DNA of 52,831 nt from the IMG/VR virus record IMGVR_UViG_3300025668_000001, positions 1 through 52,831 of that record, one strand, 5' to 3'. This DNA comes from a virus (taxonomy: Duplodnaviria > Caudoviricetes). The position numbers and the translations under genes are program-made. Within the stretch, counting starts at the first letter, position 1. The number at the start of each line of letters is the position of its first letter. The notes beneath the pieces are model-generated. The model made no database searches, was not told where the DNA came from, and was given only the letters and a program-made list of their open reading frames with translations. Shown in pieces: positions 37,557 through 47,905 of the stretch.

Positions 37557-37813
37557 TGTTCGGATTTATCACAGGCAAGATTAAGACCGCTATCATCATA
37601 GCCTTCTCTGTAGCCTTGCCTGTGATCTACGTCTTAGGCCGCCTCGGTGGTGGCCGCAGGGTTAAGAACGCAGTCCTGAAAGACGAATTAGAGGCCGCAA
37701 ATAAGCGGTCTGACTTTTATAAGGCGATGCAGGGCCATGAATCAGATGTTCAAGCTAACGCTCCTCGTAATCGGACTGAGCTTGTTGAGCGGGTGCGCCG
37801 AGACGGTCTTTAG
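37556..37813 (+). CDS. Putative inner-membrane spanin (Rz-like)
   Basis: N-terminal TM helix; follows endolysin; overlapped by a lipoprotein gene. Confidence 0.6.
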   Translation: MFGFITGKIKTAIIIAFSVALPVIYVLGRLGGGRRVKNAVLKDELEAANKRSDFYKAMQGHESDVQANAPRNRTELVERVRRDGL

Positions 37814-37997
37814 AACAAAACTAGAGATCTACTGCCCACCAATTAACGATTACTCAGACCAGTTCAATGAACAACTAGCCGACGAATTGGATGCTTTGCC
37901 CGAAGATAGCTGGGCCATCCCAGAGGCTATGTTTGGATACATAAAGTTACGGGATCGAGTGAAATCCTGCCAAGAGGAAAAGAAAAATTATGGCTGA
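37746..37997 (+). CDS. Putative outer-membrane spanin lipoprotein (Rz1-like)
   Basis: MFKLTLLVIGLSLLSGC lipobox. Confidence 0.65.
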   Translation: MFKLTLLVIGLSLLSGCAETVFRTKLEIYCPPINDYSDQFNEQLADELDALPEDSWAIPEAMFGYIKLRDRVKSCQEEKKNYG

Positions 37998-39825
37998 TGT
38001 ATTATCTACACAGGGGCTGATTGGCGATCCCAGCGCATTGCCAAATAGCGTGAACATGGTCGGTAACACAGACGTTACCAATGTGTCTGAAGACATCATC
38101 GGAGACCCCGGTGCATTCCTTGAGCGCAAAGACATGAAGCTGAGTGACGAAGTCCCTACTATCGACGCAGATACATCAGGGACCAACATCGACGGTAAAG
38201 ATCCTCGCTTCAGTTCGGACACTAACGCACTAAGCAAAGACGCCGATACTGTAGGCTACACAAACACAGCCGTGGATCAGGTCAAGAAAGATGCCGAGAC
38301 ATTCGAGGCCGAGACTACATTTGATCGTGTAACCCGTGATGAGAACGACGTAGACGCCGCTACAGGCGAAGTTAGAGACGAAGCAATCATAGACGCAGAA
38401 GATATGACTGTGGACATGACAGGGGCTGGTACAGGGCGCAACGAGGATGGTACAGTTAACCAACTCGGCGTGGCTGTTAACGACTTTGCCTCTCAGGACA
38501 TTTCAAACGTAATCGACACCTCCACAGTAGCCGGTAAGATACTGGCCCAGACGCTGGGGGAAGGTAATTACACCGACTCGAAGCAGACCGTAATGGGTCA
38601 GCTAGAACTTATATCACAACAGTTCACAGGCCCAGACGGACAGCCTAAGATCCCTACATGGGCAGCGGGTATTGCTCGTAACGTGAACCGTACATTTGCC
38701 TTTACTAATGCCGGTACTGCCGGACAAGCCGCCATAGCCCAAGCTATGATCGAGGCCACGCTACCTATTGCCCAGCAAGACGCCCAGATCTTTAGCAGCA
38801 TTGCTATGAAGAACTTGGACAACAAGCAGCAAGCCACAATCAACAAGGCGATGATCCTATCCAAGCTCGAGTTAGCCAACCTAGACGCCCGGATGAATGC
38901 GGCTCTGAACAACTCTAAGAACTTCATGCAGATGGATCTGGCTAATATGTCCAACATCCAGCAAGCTCGAGTAATCAACAGTCAGTCCCGGGTACAGTCT
39001 CTATTAGAAGACGCTAAGATGACTAACGCCGCTCGTATGTTCTCAGCGGAACAGACCAACGACATGAATAAGTTCTACGATCAGCTTGATACGAACATCA
39101 GCATTTTTAATGCCGAGCAACTAAACGGGATGAAGAAGTTTAATACCGGAGAGGTGAATGACCGATCTGAGTTTAACTCCTCGCTCGAGAATGCCCGTGA
39201 ACAGTTTTACCAAAACATGCAGTACAACATCGATCTGTCCAACGCCAAGTGGCGTCAGTCGGTAACCCTGCAAAATAACCAGAACAAATTTGATGCCGCA
39301 GCCACCGACGTGAAGAACATGGTAGGCCTTACATCCGAGCAACTAAATCAGATGTGGGATCGTTCAGACGCACAGCTAGACTGGACGTGGAAGTCTTCTG
39401 AGAACCAAGCAGACCGGGACATGAAGATGTTCCAGATGAAGATGGAAATGCAGATGGCCGCAATGAAGGCCAAGGCTGACAAGAAGAAGGGTCTATTTGG
39501 TGCTATTGGATCTGTAATGGGTTCAGTGGCTGGGGGTATGTTTGGAAACGGCGGTATGTTTGGTGGAACTACAGGTCTTAGTACATTACTAAGTCTTTGG
39601 CCCTCAGACGAACAACTCAAAGAGAACATCACCCGCATCGGAACACACAAGTCCGGTCTCCCTCTCTATAAGTGGGATTGGTCAGAGACTGCTAAATCCA
39701 TCGGCGCTGAGAAGTTCCACAACGTAGGTGTGATGGCCCAAGAGGCTATGAAGACACACCCACACGCCGTGTCACGTCACCCGATACACGGATATCTTAC
39801 AGTTAAGTATGAGAGGCTCCAATGA
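37990..39825 (+). CDS. Putative internal virion/ejection protein with a C-terminal peptidase S74-like domain
   Basis: Asn/Gln-rich helical region, Gly-rich segment, SDEQLKENI...GVMAQE...V.Y. Confidence 0.7.
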   Translation: MADVLSTQGLIGDPSALPNSVNMVGNTDVTNVSEDIIGDPGAFLERKDMKLSDEVPTIDADTSGTNIDGKDPRFSSDTNALSKDADTVGYTNTAVDQVKKDAETFEAETTFDRVTRDENDVDAATGEVRDEAIIDAEDMTVDMTGAGTGRNEDGTVNQLGVAVNDFASQDISNVIDTSTVAGKILAQTLGEGNYTDSKQTVMGQLELISQQFTGPDGQPKIPTWAAGIARNVNRTFAFTNAGTAGQAAIAQAMIEATLPIAQQDAQIFSSIAMKNLDNKQQATINKAMILSKLELANLDARMNAALNNSKNFMQMDLANMSNIQQARVINSQSRVQSLLEDAKMTNAARMFSAEQTNDMNKFYDQLDTNISIFNAEQLNGMKKFNTGEVNDRSEFNSSLENAREQFYQNMQYNIDLSNAKWRQSVTLQNNQNKFDAAATDVKNMVGLTSEQLNQMWDRSDAQLDWTWKSSENQADRDMKMFQMKMEMQMAAMKAKADKKKGLFGAIGSVMGSVAGGMFGNGGMFGGTTGLSTLLSLWPSDEQLKENITRIGTHKSGLPLYKWDWSETAKSIGAEKFHNVGVMAQEAMKTHPHAVSRHPIHGYLTVKYERLQ

Positions 39826-40028
39826 GATTTGAAGAAGCCGTAATCAAGGCCATTCGCTCCTATTACCGGGGCGAGGTTCCTGAGAAGACCTTCGAGGTTT
39901 TCCCCGACATGAAGTACACCCCACAATATTTTGCAGACTTCGAGAAGACCTTGATCGAGGACTTGGGCGATGAAGCCGGAGAGCGCATCGACGACTCAGA
40001 AGAAGAGGAGATCGAAGATGAGGACTGA
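39822..40028 (+). CDS. Hypothetical acidic protein
   Basis: ATGA overlap with the upstream gene. Confidence 0.7.
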   Translation: MRFEEAVIKAIRSYYRGEVPEKTFEVFPDMKYTPQYFADFEKTLIEDLGDEAGERIDDSEEEEIEDED

Positions 40029-40596
40029 ACCTGAATTTGATGGGCCAATCCCCGGCGAGAACTTCACCTCTGATACTAAGAACTACCCGTGGCACCGTCC
40101 GCCTGAAATTACAGACTACGACGAGGCACTAGAGTTTGCCGCTAAAGAGTTTAAGAAGCCCAATGCTCTAATCGGGCTTGAGACCATGCTGGCCAACGGA
40201 ATTACAGTAGCAACTATGACCGACTTCTACCTTACCCGAAACGTGGGGCTAGGTAAGTGGACGCTAGACTTTGCCCTCGTGATTGCTGGCCCTGTGGCCA
40301 AGACCATCGAGCTTATCGCCGTTCAGGCGGGATACGACTACGAGATGGGTATTGATGAAGAGATTACCGTAGCTACCAAAGAAATGGTGGCCGACATGGT
40401 GGAACTCATAGGGGAAGACGAAGAGGAAGAAGAAGGCCTCGACGACACCCCGGGAGAAGTTATGCCGGAAGAAGATCCCGTAGAAGGCGGTGGTCTTATG
40501 TCCGCTATGTCAGGTCTGGATGATGGTCCTGCCGACAAAGATACCCAAGACGAGATGCTTGGATACTCCGAAGAAGAGGAGCCAGAAGTAGTATGA
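40018..40596 (+). CDS. Conserved phage structural-region protein
   Basis: FDGPIPGENFT...YPWHRPP motif; GAGGAG SD. Confidence 0.8.
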   Translation: MRTEPEFDGPIPGENFTSDTKNYPWHRPPEITDYDEALEFAAKEFKKPNALIGLETMLANGITVATMTDFYLTRNVGLGKWTLDFALVIAGPVAKTIELIAVQAGYDYEMGIDEEITVATKEMVADMVELIGEDEEEEEGLDDTPGEVMPEEDPVEGGGLMSAMSGLDDGPADKDTQDEMLGYSEEEEPEVV

Positions 40597-43382
40597 GTTA
40601 TGGTGAATACAAATTCGGAGACTTTATGAAGAACTACGACGTAGGCGGTCCAAGTGACGGCCTTGTGGGGTTCGCAGAAGGTTTTGCGGCTGGTTTTGTA
40701 CCTGCATATGCGGCGTCTAATAAGGCGGCTGCCGACAAAGAACTGGCTCTAGCTAAACTAGATAAACAAGCTGAGATTGATGCCGCCAAGGCGAAGGCCG
40801 AAACAACCAGCGAATATAATGAGATGATGAAAAAGGCTAAAAACATCGTCTCTACGCTGACGTTGCCTCCCGGGGTAAATCCTAATGATGCGGTGATGAC
40901 CGCCTACACGATGCTTAATGGCGGTATATCAGACAACACGGTGTTCACTCAGTTAAGTAAGGCGATTGAGGATAAGACATTGGTGTATTCTGATGAATCT
41001 CCTACTGAGACAGCCCCCCCGACTGCCGCAGAACCCGTCCCAGAGGCTGCCCCGGTAACATCACCTCTAGATGATGAAATGAACAAGGCCTTCGGTAAAC
41101 AATCCGCTGTACAGCCAGCCCCAGAGCCAGCACCTACAGTCGTATCACAAGATGAAACACCGGCTGAGACGGACGGAGAGCCTGTACAAGAGGCCTCTCT
41201 CGGAAGTGAATGGGCGCAGAGATTTGTAGACCGGCAAGAAGCCCGTATCAATGCTGCGTCAGAGACACAGGTAGCATCCCTAGAGACAAAGACTGACGTA
41301 ACCAACCCGGATGGTCTGGGTGGTGGCTCTGATAGTGCCGCTGATATTGTTCTAGCAGACGCAGATGGTGTTGCCACTCCGTCAGAGCGTACCGCAGCGA
41401 CTGTGCGAACACTGAAGATTAACCCTCTGGCTAAAACTGCCGCCGCAGAAGAGATCGAAATTAATAAGATCGATGACTACGAGAAAGCTATGGCCGCTGT
41501 TGTAGCACTAACGGGTGTGGCTGGTCAGGAGGAAAAGCTGAAACGTGCCAGATTCCTTCTAAAGCAATACACCGCCACCCCAAAGATTGGTGACATGAAC
41601 GAACAGCAACTTGATGCGTTTATAAGACTGACAAGCTCCATAGGTACTATGCCTCCTGAATATAAGGCAATTGACGCTCAAGTAATGAACTCACTTCGGG
41701 TACAGGCTGCCGACTTCCTCAAGGATACTCGGAATAAGTCTCTACCGTCACTGTCCTCTACAAACCCAGATGAACTCCGGGGTGTTCAGAGAGACATCAC
41801 GACAGGTCGTATAACCAACGTATCTACAGTGTATAGGGACCAACTGGCTGAACGTATAAAGGCTCTAGACATAAAGGCAGAAGCGGAGCGGGTAGCTGGC
41901 CTTACGCCAGAAAAGGTAGTCCAAGAGGCACAACGTGCATTTATAGCTGGACTATCCCCCGATTTGTCTTTCGAAGACAGGAAAGCCGCTATTCAGAATT
42001 GGCAGTCTACTGAGGGACAATTACTTCTCAGCGTCATGCGGTTCACCGATAAGCCAGATAAGCCTCAAGAGATCAGTAACTTCGAGGAGGCGCTGGTAAA
42101 TGAAGTCATGCGCACACCCGAATATGAGAACGCAGATAGTGCCGGTAGAGAGGCTCTACTTGTCCGTGCTAAAGGCCTACTCACTAGCCGAGGAAATGAC
42201 ACTCTAACCTCAGGTGAATTGGCACAGAATCTGGCACAAGCTCGTCTTGATCTTACCTCAAAAGACCCCAAAGTCGTGGCGGATGCACAGCTATATATAG
42301 ATGTAGTTTACCCCACCCAGAGACAAGCACTAGCGGACGTAAGCTCTATTGGGAAAACGCCAAATAGAGACACGGTAGCCATCTTAACTGATGGTAGACG
42401 TATTGCGGTAATGTCAGACGGAAATAATGGGTATACTGATCTTCAAGGCAAACCCGTAACAGATATCCAATCTATTACTACAGAGAAAATGTCTGATAAC
42501 ACTAGGGCCGCTGTGACGGCCATTAGTGGTCCTCTAGACGAACAAGCCGCTAAGATGGCTGCGGCAGTTAACGTCGCTACCCTTGGATATGAACTCGAGA
42601 AGATGGCCACTGAGTATGAAGGTGTTCTAACCCGAGTAGGCGGGGCACAGGCCTTCCTATCAAGCGTAAAAGTGGAGATAGGTGCCGCCTTGAATATCAT
42701 TGGTGAAGCCAGCGACGATCAAGAGCTAAACCAAGAAACTGTCCTACAGAAAGTTAATGATTACCTATCCAACAGCGCACTGAGCGAAGAAGAAGCCGCA
42801 ATGGTTAAAGAATTCATGGCTGCGTCTACTCGTTACATCTTTGCAGCGGGTAAGGCTCTCGGCCAAGAAGGTAATGGCTTCTCTAACCAAGACTATAACA
42901 ATATCAGGTCCGCCCTACTCAACAGCAATAACCTGAAGAGCTTTGGTGGAAACATGCGTACCTTTGCTCGTGAGAGACTTACGGATGCCACGAGGACTGC
43001 TAAACAACTAGCTGGTCGTACTGGAGTTCGTCAGGCACAGGACTACGGTGGTACTATTGGTAACGAAATATTTACTGCGGACCAATACTTCACAATGTTG
43101 GCCGACGGTGTACCAGATGCCGTAGATTACATGGCTTGGGCCTATAAAGGGGCACCTATTGAAGTAAATCTTGCATCCGGTCCTGATACACCCGCAGGGC
43201 AGATATCTGGAAACCTGTTTAACAAATATGTAGGTATATACAAAAATACCGACACCGACGAGGGGAAACAGGAATTTGGGAATAACCTGCTAATAGCACT
43301 GACCTCATTGCTGGGTAGTCCAGAGAAGGCTCAGGATGAGTTAGACAGGATTATAGCCGAATCGAATAAAGGGGGTGAATGA
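40593..43382 (+). CDS. Putative internal virion protein (929 aa)
   Basis: Large helical ORF near the end of the structural arm. Confidence 0.65.
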   Translation: MSYGEYKFGDFMKNYDVGGPSDGLVGFAEGFAAGFVPAYAASNKAAADKELALAKLDKQAEIDAAKAKAETTSEYNEMMKKAKNIVSTLTLPPGVNPNDAVMTAYTMLNGGISDNTVFTQLSKAIEDKTLVYSDESPTETAPPTAAEPVPEAAPVTSPLDDEMNKAFGKQSAVQPAPEPAPTVVSQDETPAETDGEPVQEASLGSEWAQRFVDRQEARINAASETQVASLETKTDVTNPDGLGGGSDSAADIVLADADGVATPSERTAATVRTLKINPLAKTAAAEEIEINKIDDYEKAMAAVVALTGVAGQEEKLKRARFLLKQYTATPKIGDMNEQQLDAFIRLTSSIGTMPPEYKAIDAQVMNSLRVQAADFLKDTRNKSLPSLSSTNPDELRGVQRDITTGRITNVSTVYRDQLAERIKALDIKAEAERVAGLTPEKVVQEAQRAFIAGLSPDLSFEDRKAAIQNWQSTEGQLLLSVMRFTDKPDKPQEISNFEEALVNEVMRTPEYENADSAGREALLVRAKGLLTSRGNDTLTSGELAQNLAQARLDLTSKDPKVVADAQLYIDVVYPTQRQALADVSSIGKTPNRDTVAILTDGRRIAVMSDGNNGYTDLQGKPVTDIQSITTEKMSDNTRAAVTAISGPLDEQAAKMAAAVNVATLGYELEKMATEYEGVLTRVGGAQAFLSSVKVEIGAALNIIGEASDDQELNQETVLQKVNDYLSNSALSEEEAAMVKEFMAASTRYIFAAGKALGQEGNGFSNQDYNNIRSALLNSNNLKSFGGNMRTFARERLTDATRTAKQLAGRTGVRQAQDYGGTIGNEIFTADQYFTMLADGVPDAVDYMAWAYKGAPIEVNLASGPDTPAGQISGNLFNKYVGIYKNTDTDEGKQEFGNNLLIALTSLLGSPEKAQDELDRIIAESNKGGE

Positions 43383-46300
43383 TGGAGCCTGAAGTAACCG
43401 TAGAATCCCTTTTGAAAATGGCGGAAGAGACAGGAGATCTATCTACAGGTGGCGAAAGCCCCTCAATAGAAGATCTCTTAGAAATGGCCAGAAAATCTGG
43501 GGACATGGAGAAGCCAGACGAAAACCCACTCTTTACCGCAGACCAATACTACGCCCCGCCCAGCCTACTTCAGACTATGGGCATCACTAGCATTGACGAA
43601 GATGACCCTATCTATCGAAACCTGATGACTAACCCGGACTTCCGTGAGGCGGAGCCGTCAGAACGTCGTCGGATGTTCAGGATAGCAGTAGATGATGCTA
43701 ACCAAGCCTTATACGAAAGGCAGGGGACAGAGGCTGACGTTGGGCCTATTGCAGATGTACTGGGTGATGGTACAAACCCAAGGTTTCAAATGGGTGTGGA
43801 TGCAGATGGACAGGAACAGAAGTATGTAGTCCCGGCACCCAGCTCCCGTGGCGCAGATATGATCTTTGGTGAGACTGGTGGCAACGTGCTTCGGTCTATC
43901 ACCGGAGGGGTAATGCAAGCCGGTAGAATGATTGCAGGTCTACCAGAGGCAATTGCCGATCAGGTAGGTGATGATGAAGAAGACAACGCCGTAAATACTA
44001 CCCGACAGAATTTTCCTCTAGCCCCACCAGAAAATCAGTATGATGCGATGGGACAAGAGATCACCTCCATGATCGTAGGCGGTATAGGTGGCGCTGGGCT
44101 AGTCTCTAATTTGTCTAAGGTTCTTGGCCTTACTCCAAAAATGGCAGAGTGGACATCTAAAGCGTTAGCCAAATTAAAAGGCAAATCCCCCGCAGAGATA
44201 GCAGACGCTGCCCGTGTAATGTCACAGATACTTATTGCGGGTACGGGCGCAAACTTAGGGGCTTCAGCTACAACACCAGAAGAAACTAAGCCTCTCTTTG
44301 GAGACGAAATAGTATCTAGTTTGGGTATATCCCCAGAGGACAACCGATTTCTGGCTAACTTTTCAGACAACGTAGCCTTCTCAACTGGACTAACCATACT
44401 GGGAAGGTTGGCTGTAGCGGGTGGCAGAGCAATCAAGAAGGTAAGTCAGGGCGCATTAGCCGCCAATAAAAACTTCAGAGACCGTGATATAGGCCTCGTT
44501 ATCCTGTCTGGACTAGACCCCAACCTAGTAGGCGCACCCGCAGAAATTATCGCCCAACGGGCTAGAATTATGGGTGAGGTACTTATCAAAAACAAAGAAT
44601 TTACCTCAGAGCTACTTTCGAACAAAACCATACCATTAGACAGCCTGACCGCCTTACGGGCGGGTGTGGATGAGTATGTAGACCGAGCTTACAGTTTCCA
44701 GAAAAGTCTCATGGGCACAAAGGAGTGGGATAAATTTCGTTCTGATCTAGCAATAAACATAGTGTCAGAGATGAATAGTCTCCGTGTATCTAGGGCTTCC
44801 GCCCGTGAAATTATAACTAAAGAAGGTGATATGGCGGCAGGTATGGCCGACGCTTTCACTGGGACAGCGGATGAACTTGCTGGCGCAGCCTCAGATGGAT
44901 TAACTCGCCCGGGTGTAGACCTAGCCGCAGAGCAACTTGGTAGGCCTGTAATTGACGCTGTCGAAGACGCCACAGAAAAACTATCAGGTGCCACTGCTAC
45001 CCGAGACTTAGTAGGACAGCAGCTTGAGGTTGCCGCCAGCCGAAATGCTGTGACGGACGCTCTCCTTGATGCCCGTAGAGGTAATGCACTAGGTTCTGAT
45101 CAAACTATGAGGGCACTCCTAGAGAAATTATCTGGTCCAGACCTATATAACTCATGGCAACGCTCCTCGTCTGCGTACAAAGATGCGTTTAAAAATCTAC
45201 CAGACGACATACCTCTGCCAGTTGAAGAGTTTGTGTCTCTAGTAGAAGCATCGTTCCCTGATCCTAAGATGTGGCCCAACCTCATCGATCAAGTAACGCT
45301 GACAGAGACTGTCGAAGACCCGCTAAAGACCCTTCTAGCTTTGGTGACCCCAAAGGCTGATGTAGGTACCGCTGGCATGAAGTCTTCGGCTTCCCCCGGC
45401 ACTTTAACGGTAGAGACCTATGAGGAGATGGTTCAGAGGCTGACGGACCAAGGTACAAGTTTTAAACAAGTATATACTGAACTGCGTCCGGCATTGGAAC
45501 TCCGTATCAGAGCCTTACGGGCACAGAAGCTAGATACTAACGCTGCGCCCCTTATAGCATTGAAGAGGGGTATTGATGCTATTGCGGAAGGAATTGGAGA
45601 CCCCGCCTTTATAGACGCTAAAACCAAGTATATGGAGCATGCAGAAACATTCCTCAACACGCAGCCTCTCCGTGCATACGACACGGCGGTCAAGGATATT
45701 GTGGAAAATGCCCCGGGTCCAAGAACCGGAATACCTAAAGGGCAACCAGATGCCTATAAGGCTGGGCTAGATGCTCTAAAGCAGTCTGTAGACGAAGACT
45801 TCACTCCCTATGCAGAGGCCTTTATTCGTGCCTTAAACCAAGGCGCTGACCAAAGCCTGAACCCAGAGTTGTCTGAGGCTTACATCGGACTGGCTATGAA
45901 TGCCCTTAGTAGGTCTCTAGAAGCGGGTCAGACTGTTACCTCCCGTAGCATACGGAACGCCACCCAGCCGTTTGTAGATCAACTAAAGCGCATCCGTGGC
46001 GGTGTATATGAAAGGTGGGCCTCCGTAGTACAAGACTTAGAGGCACTAGAGGCTGGCCTAATTACCGCAGATCAAGCGGTAGCTAACCTAGCTAGGGAGA
46101 AAGCCGGAGTTCTGTCTAATGCTACTAAGGACGTAGCCGGAAAGTTTGTATTTGATCTGCCGGGAGTACCTAAGATTAAGGATAACCCGCAGTCTGTCTT
46201 CAAACAAATCTATAGGTCTGCGGACTCACCTGACATTACTCGTAGGCTACTAGAGGCTGCCGACAGCCAAGGTAACCCAATGGTGCGTCAGGGCATGCAA

Positions 46301-46918
46301 GCGGCATTTATTGATGACTTAGCCAGCCGGTTATTTACCAACAAGCCAATGGCAATCTCCACCAAGGACACTTCAAAAAATTCTATGCAAGTTTCGCAGT
46401 CACAGCTTGTTGGGATTCTAAGTGACAGATCAAGCCCAACCCTAAAGACACTAAATATACTTTTCGCAGATGACCCCGACAGGGCAGCGCAGATCGTAAG
46501 TATGCTGGAGATCCAAGAGTTAATTGCTGGATCTAAGAATTTAAGAGGTGACCTAAAGGGTTCAAGCACGGCAATAGACAGCAAGATTACCTATGACAAA
46601 GATCTTACTAAACTTATGGACCGTATTATCACGCTTCGATTTGGCGTTCTAAATACAACCGCCACGGTTACACGAAACTTAGTTGGGGCACTAACTGCCG
46701 GTTACAAGGGTTCCGTACAGGAAGCAGCGGAACAGACAATCAGATTCATAGCGGCTGAACCTCTAGAATTTGATCGTGTCTTGAAGTTAGTAGCTGAAGG
46801 TAAGGACGCTGATGCAATGCAGATTATGACTTACTGGGCCTCTCGAGGGGCGCTAGGTGGGGCCAAAGTTCGTGGATCTACAGACGAACAAACCCGGGAA
46901 GCACTACCCGTAGAATAG
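43379..46918 (+). CDS. Putative internal virion protein (1179 aa)
   Basis: Large terminal structural ORF, Ala/Gly-rich helical. Confidence 0.65.
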   Translation: MMEPEVTVESLLKMAEETGDLSTGGESPSIEDLLEMARKSGDMEKPDENPLFTADQYYAPPSLLQTMGITSIDEDDPIYRNLMTNPDFREAEPSERRRMFRIAVDDANQALYERQGTEADVGPIADVLGDGTNPRFQMGVDADGQEQKYVVPAPSSRGADMIFGETGGNVLRSITGGVMQAGRMIAGLPEAIADQVGDDEEDNAVNTTRQNFPLAPPENQYDAMGQEITSMIVGGIGGAGLVSNLSKVLGLTPKMAEWTSKALAKLKGKSPAEIADAARVMSQILIAGTGANLGASATTPEETKPLFGDEIVSSLGISPEDNRFLANFSDNVAFSTGLTILGRLAVAGGRAIKKVSQGALAANKNFRDRDIGLVILSGLDPNLVGAPAEIIAQRARIMGEVLIKNKEFTSELLSNKTIPLDSLTALRAGVDEYVDRAYSFQKSLMGTKEWDKFRSDLAINIVSEMNSLRVSRASAREIITKEGDMAAGMADAFTGTADELAGAASDGLTRPGVDLAAEQLGRPVIDAVEDATEKLSGATATRDLVGQQLEVAASRNAVTDALLDARRGNALGSDQTMRALLEKLSGPDLYNSWQRSSSAYKDAFKNLPDDIPLPVEEFVSLVEASFPDPKMWPNLIDQVTLTETVEDPLKTLLALVTPKADVGTAGMKSSASPGTLTVETYEEMVQRLTDQGTSFKQVYTELRPALELRIRALRAQKLDTNAAPLIALKRGIDAIAEGIGDPAFIDAKTKYMEHAETFLNTQPLRAYDTAVKDIVENAPGPRTGIPKGQPDAYKAGLDALKQSVDEDFTPYAEAFIRALNQGADQSLNPELSEAYIGLAMNALSRSLEAGQTVTSRSIRNATQPFVDQLKRIRGGVYERWASVVQDLEALEAGLITADQAVANLAREKAGVLSNATKDVAGKFVFDLPGVPKIKDNPQSVFKQIYRSADSPDITRRLLEAADSQGNPMVRQGMQAAFIDDLASRLFTNKPMAISTKDTSKNSMQVSQSQLVGILSDRSSPTLKTLNILFADDPDRAAQIVSMLEIQELIAGSKNLRGDLKGSSTAIDSKITYDKDLTKLMDRIITLRFGVLNTTATVTRNLVGALTAGYKGSVQEAAEQTIRFIAAEPLEFDRVLKLVAEGKDADAMQIMTYWASRGALGGAKVRGSTDEQTREALPVE

Positions 46919-46953
46919 AAACAACCCCTCCGGGCTTTCGCTCGAAGGGGCTG
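46916..46953 (-). terminator. Terminator between the convergent arms
   Basis: CAGCCCCTTCGAGC-GAAA-GCCCGGAGGGGTTG followed by TTTCT. Confidence 0.75.
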
Positions 46954-46988
46954 CTATCTAACTTGAAAAGTGACCAAACCTTTCAAGT
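46916..46988 (-). ncRNA. Candidate trans-acting antisense sRNA against the early-gene leaders
   Basis: Promoter TTGACC-17-TATAAC (47020-46992); 5' hairpin containing UUUGGUCACUUUUCAAGUUAGAU; GAAA-loop terminator. Confidence 0.65.
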
Positions 46989-47016
46989 ATTGTTATACCT
47001 ATACAAGGCTCTGAGG

Positions 47017-47241
47017 TCAACTGTCCTCAGGGCTTTTTTCTTGTTCTACCTCGGGTTCTGGTCGATTTTTCTCGAACAGAGACACCTCGAACAAAGACCG
47101 ATTTAAGAGCCAGTGCATATACGGAAGGCTGTTGATCGAGCTATTCATGTATACTTGACCGTTGTTATCAAAGCCACAAACCAAGACGGACTGTAGCTTC
47201 TGTTTCTTGGCCTCTTTAAAGACCTGATTGATTTCTTCCAT
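47017..47241 (-). CDS. Hypothetical protein (74 aa)
   Basis: AGGAG SD. Confidence 0.8.
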   Translation of the reverse strand: MEEINQVFKEAKKQKLQSVLVCGFDNNGQVYMNSSINSLPYMHWLLNRSLFEVSLFEKNRPEPEVEQEKSPEDS

Positions 47242-47250
47242 GATAATCTC

Positions 47251-47679
47251 CTAATTCACGGAGCCAAGGGTGTAGAATGATACTTCCTCGGCGGGGATGT
47301 CGTAAAACCGCTCTCCAAAGGGCGATTTATAGTTGGGTACTTCTACGCAAGGCGCAGCGGCCACTGTCTTACGTCCTACCCTAGCCACTGCATGCAATCC
47401 GGCGTTGAAAACGAGGAACTGCGTGGGTTTAGTTAGGAACTTGGCCTTTCGAACGGGTATATGCAGCGTGGAGTAGCTAAACTGCACCCCATGCCAGCTT
47501 TTCTTGACCTCTACCTCACAATAGAAGGTCTTACCCTTGCCTCTGACCACAAGATCGACGCCAAATTGATCCTCGTGGTCCTCACAGTGGTATCCTGCGT
47601 GTTCCCAGAAGGCTTTAGCCCTATCTCTGGCCGGGGCATCATACACATCAAATTCATGCTGCTCGAATTCTTTGTACAT
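47251..47679 (-). CDS. PD-(D/E)xK nuclease-fold protein
   Basis: GVDLVV...CEVEVKK. Confidence 0.6.
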   Translation of the reverse strand: MYKEFEQHEFDVYDAPARDRAKAFWEHAGYHCEDHEDQFGVDLVVRGKGKTFYCEVEVKKSWHGVQFSYSTLHIPVRKAKFLTKPTQFLVFNAGLHAVARVGRKTVAAAPCVEVPNYKSPFGERFYDIPAEEVSFYTLGSVN

Positions 47680-47839
47680 CAGACATATACCCCTTTTGGT
47701 TTTCAACGTAGGCTACATCGAAGCCACGTTGCCATTCCTTGTGGTTCAGAGATCCACTAGAGAACGGTGAGTTAAAAACGCCTTTGTGGAATGCTTCGAT
47801 CCCTTTGTTAAAGGCTCTTGTTAATGTTGGGTTGCTCAT
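47654..47839 (-). CDS. Small Rmf-like protein
   Basis: RAFNKGIEAFHKG..NSPF......EWQRGF matches the Rmf spacing pattern. Confidence 0.5.
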   Translation of the reverse strand: MSNPTLTRAFNKGIEAFHKGVFNSPFSSGSLNHKEWQRGFDVAYVENQKGYMSDVQRIRAA

Positions 47840-47905
47840 AACCTACCTCGTTTTTAGTAAGTCCCTGCGTATTTGATCCAACTCTCCATAAGTGGTACGG
47901 GGTAA

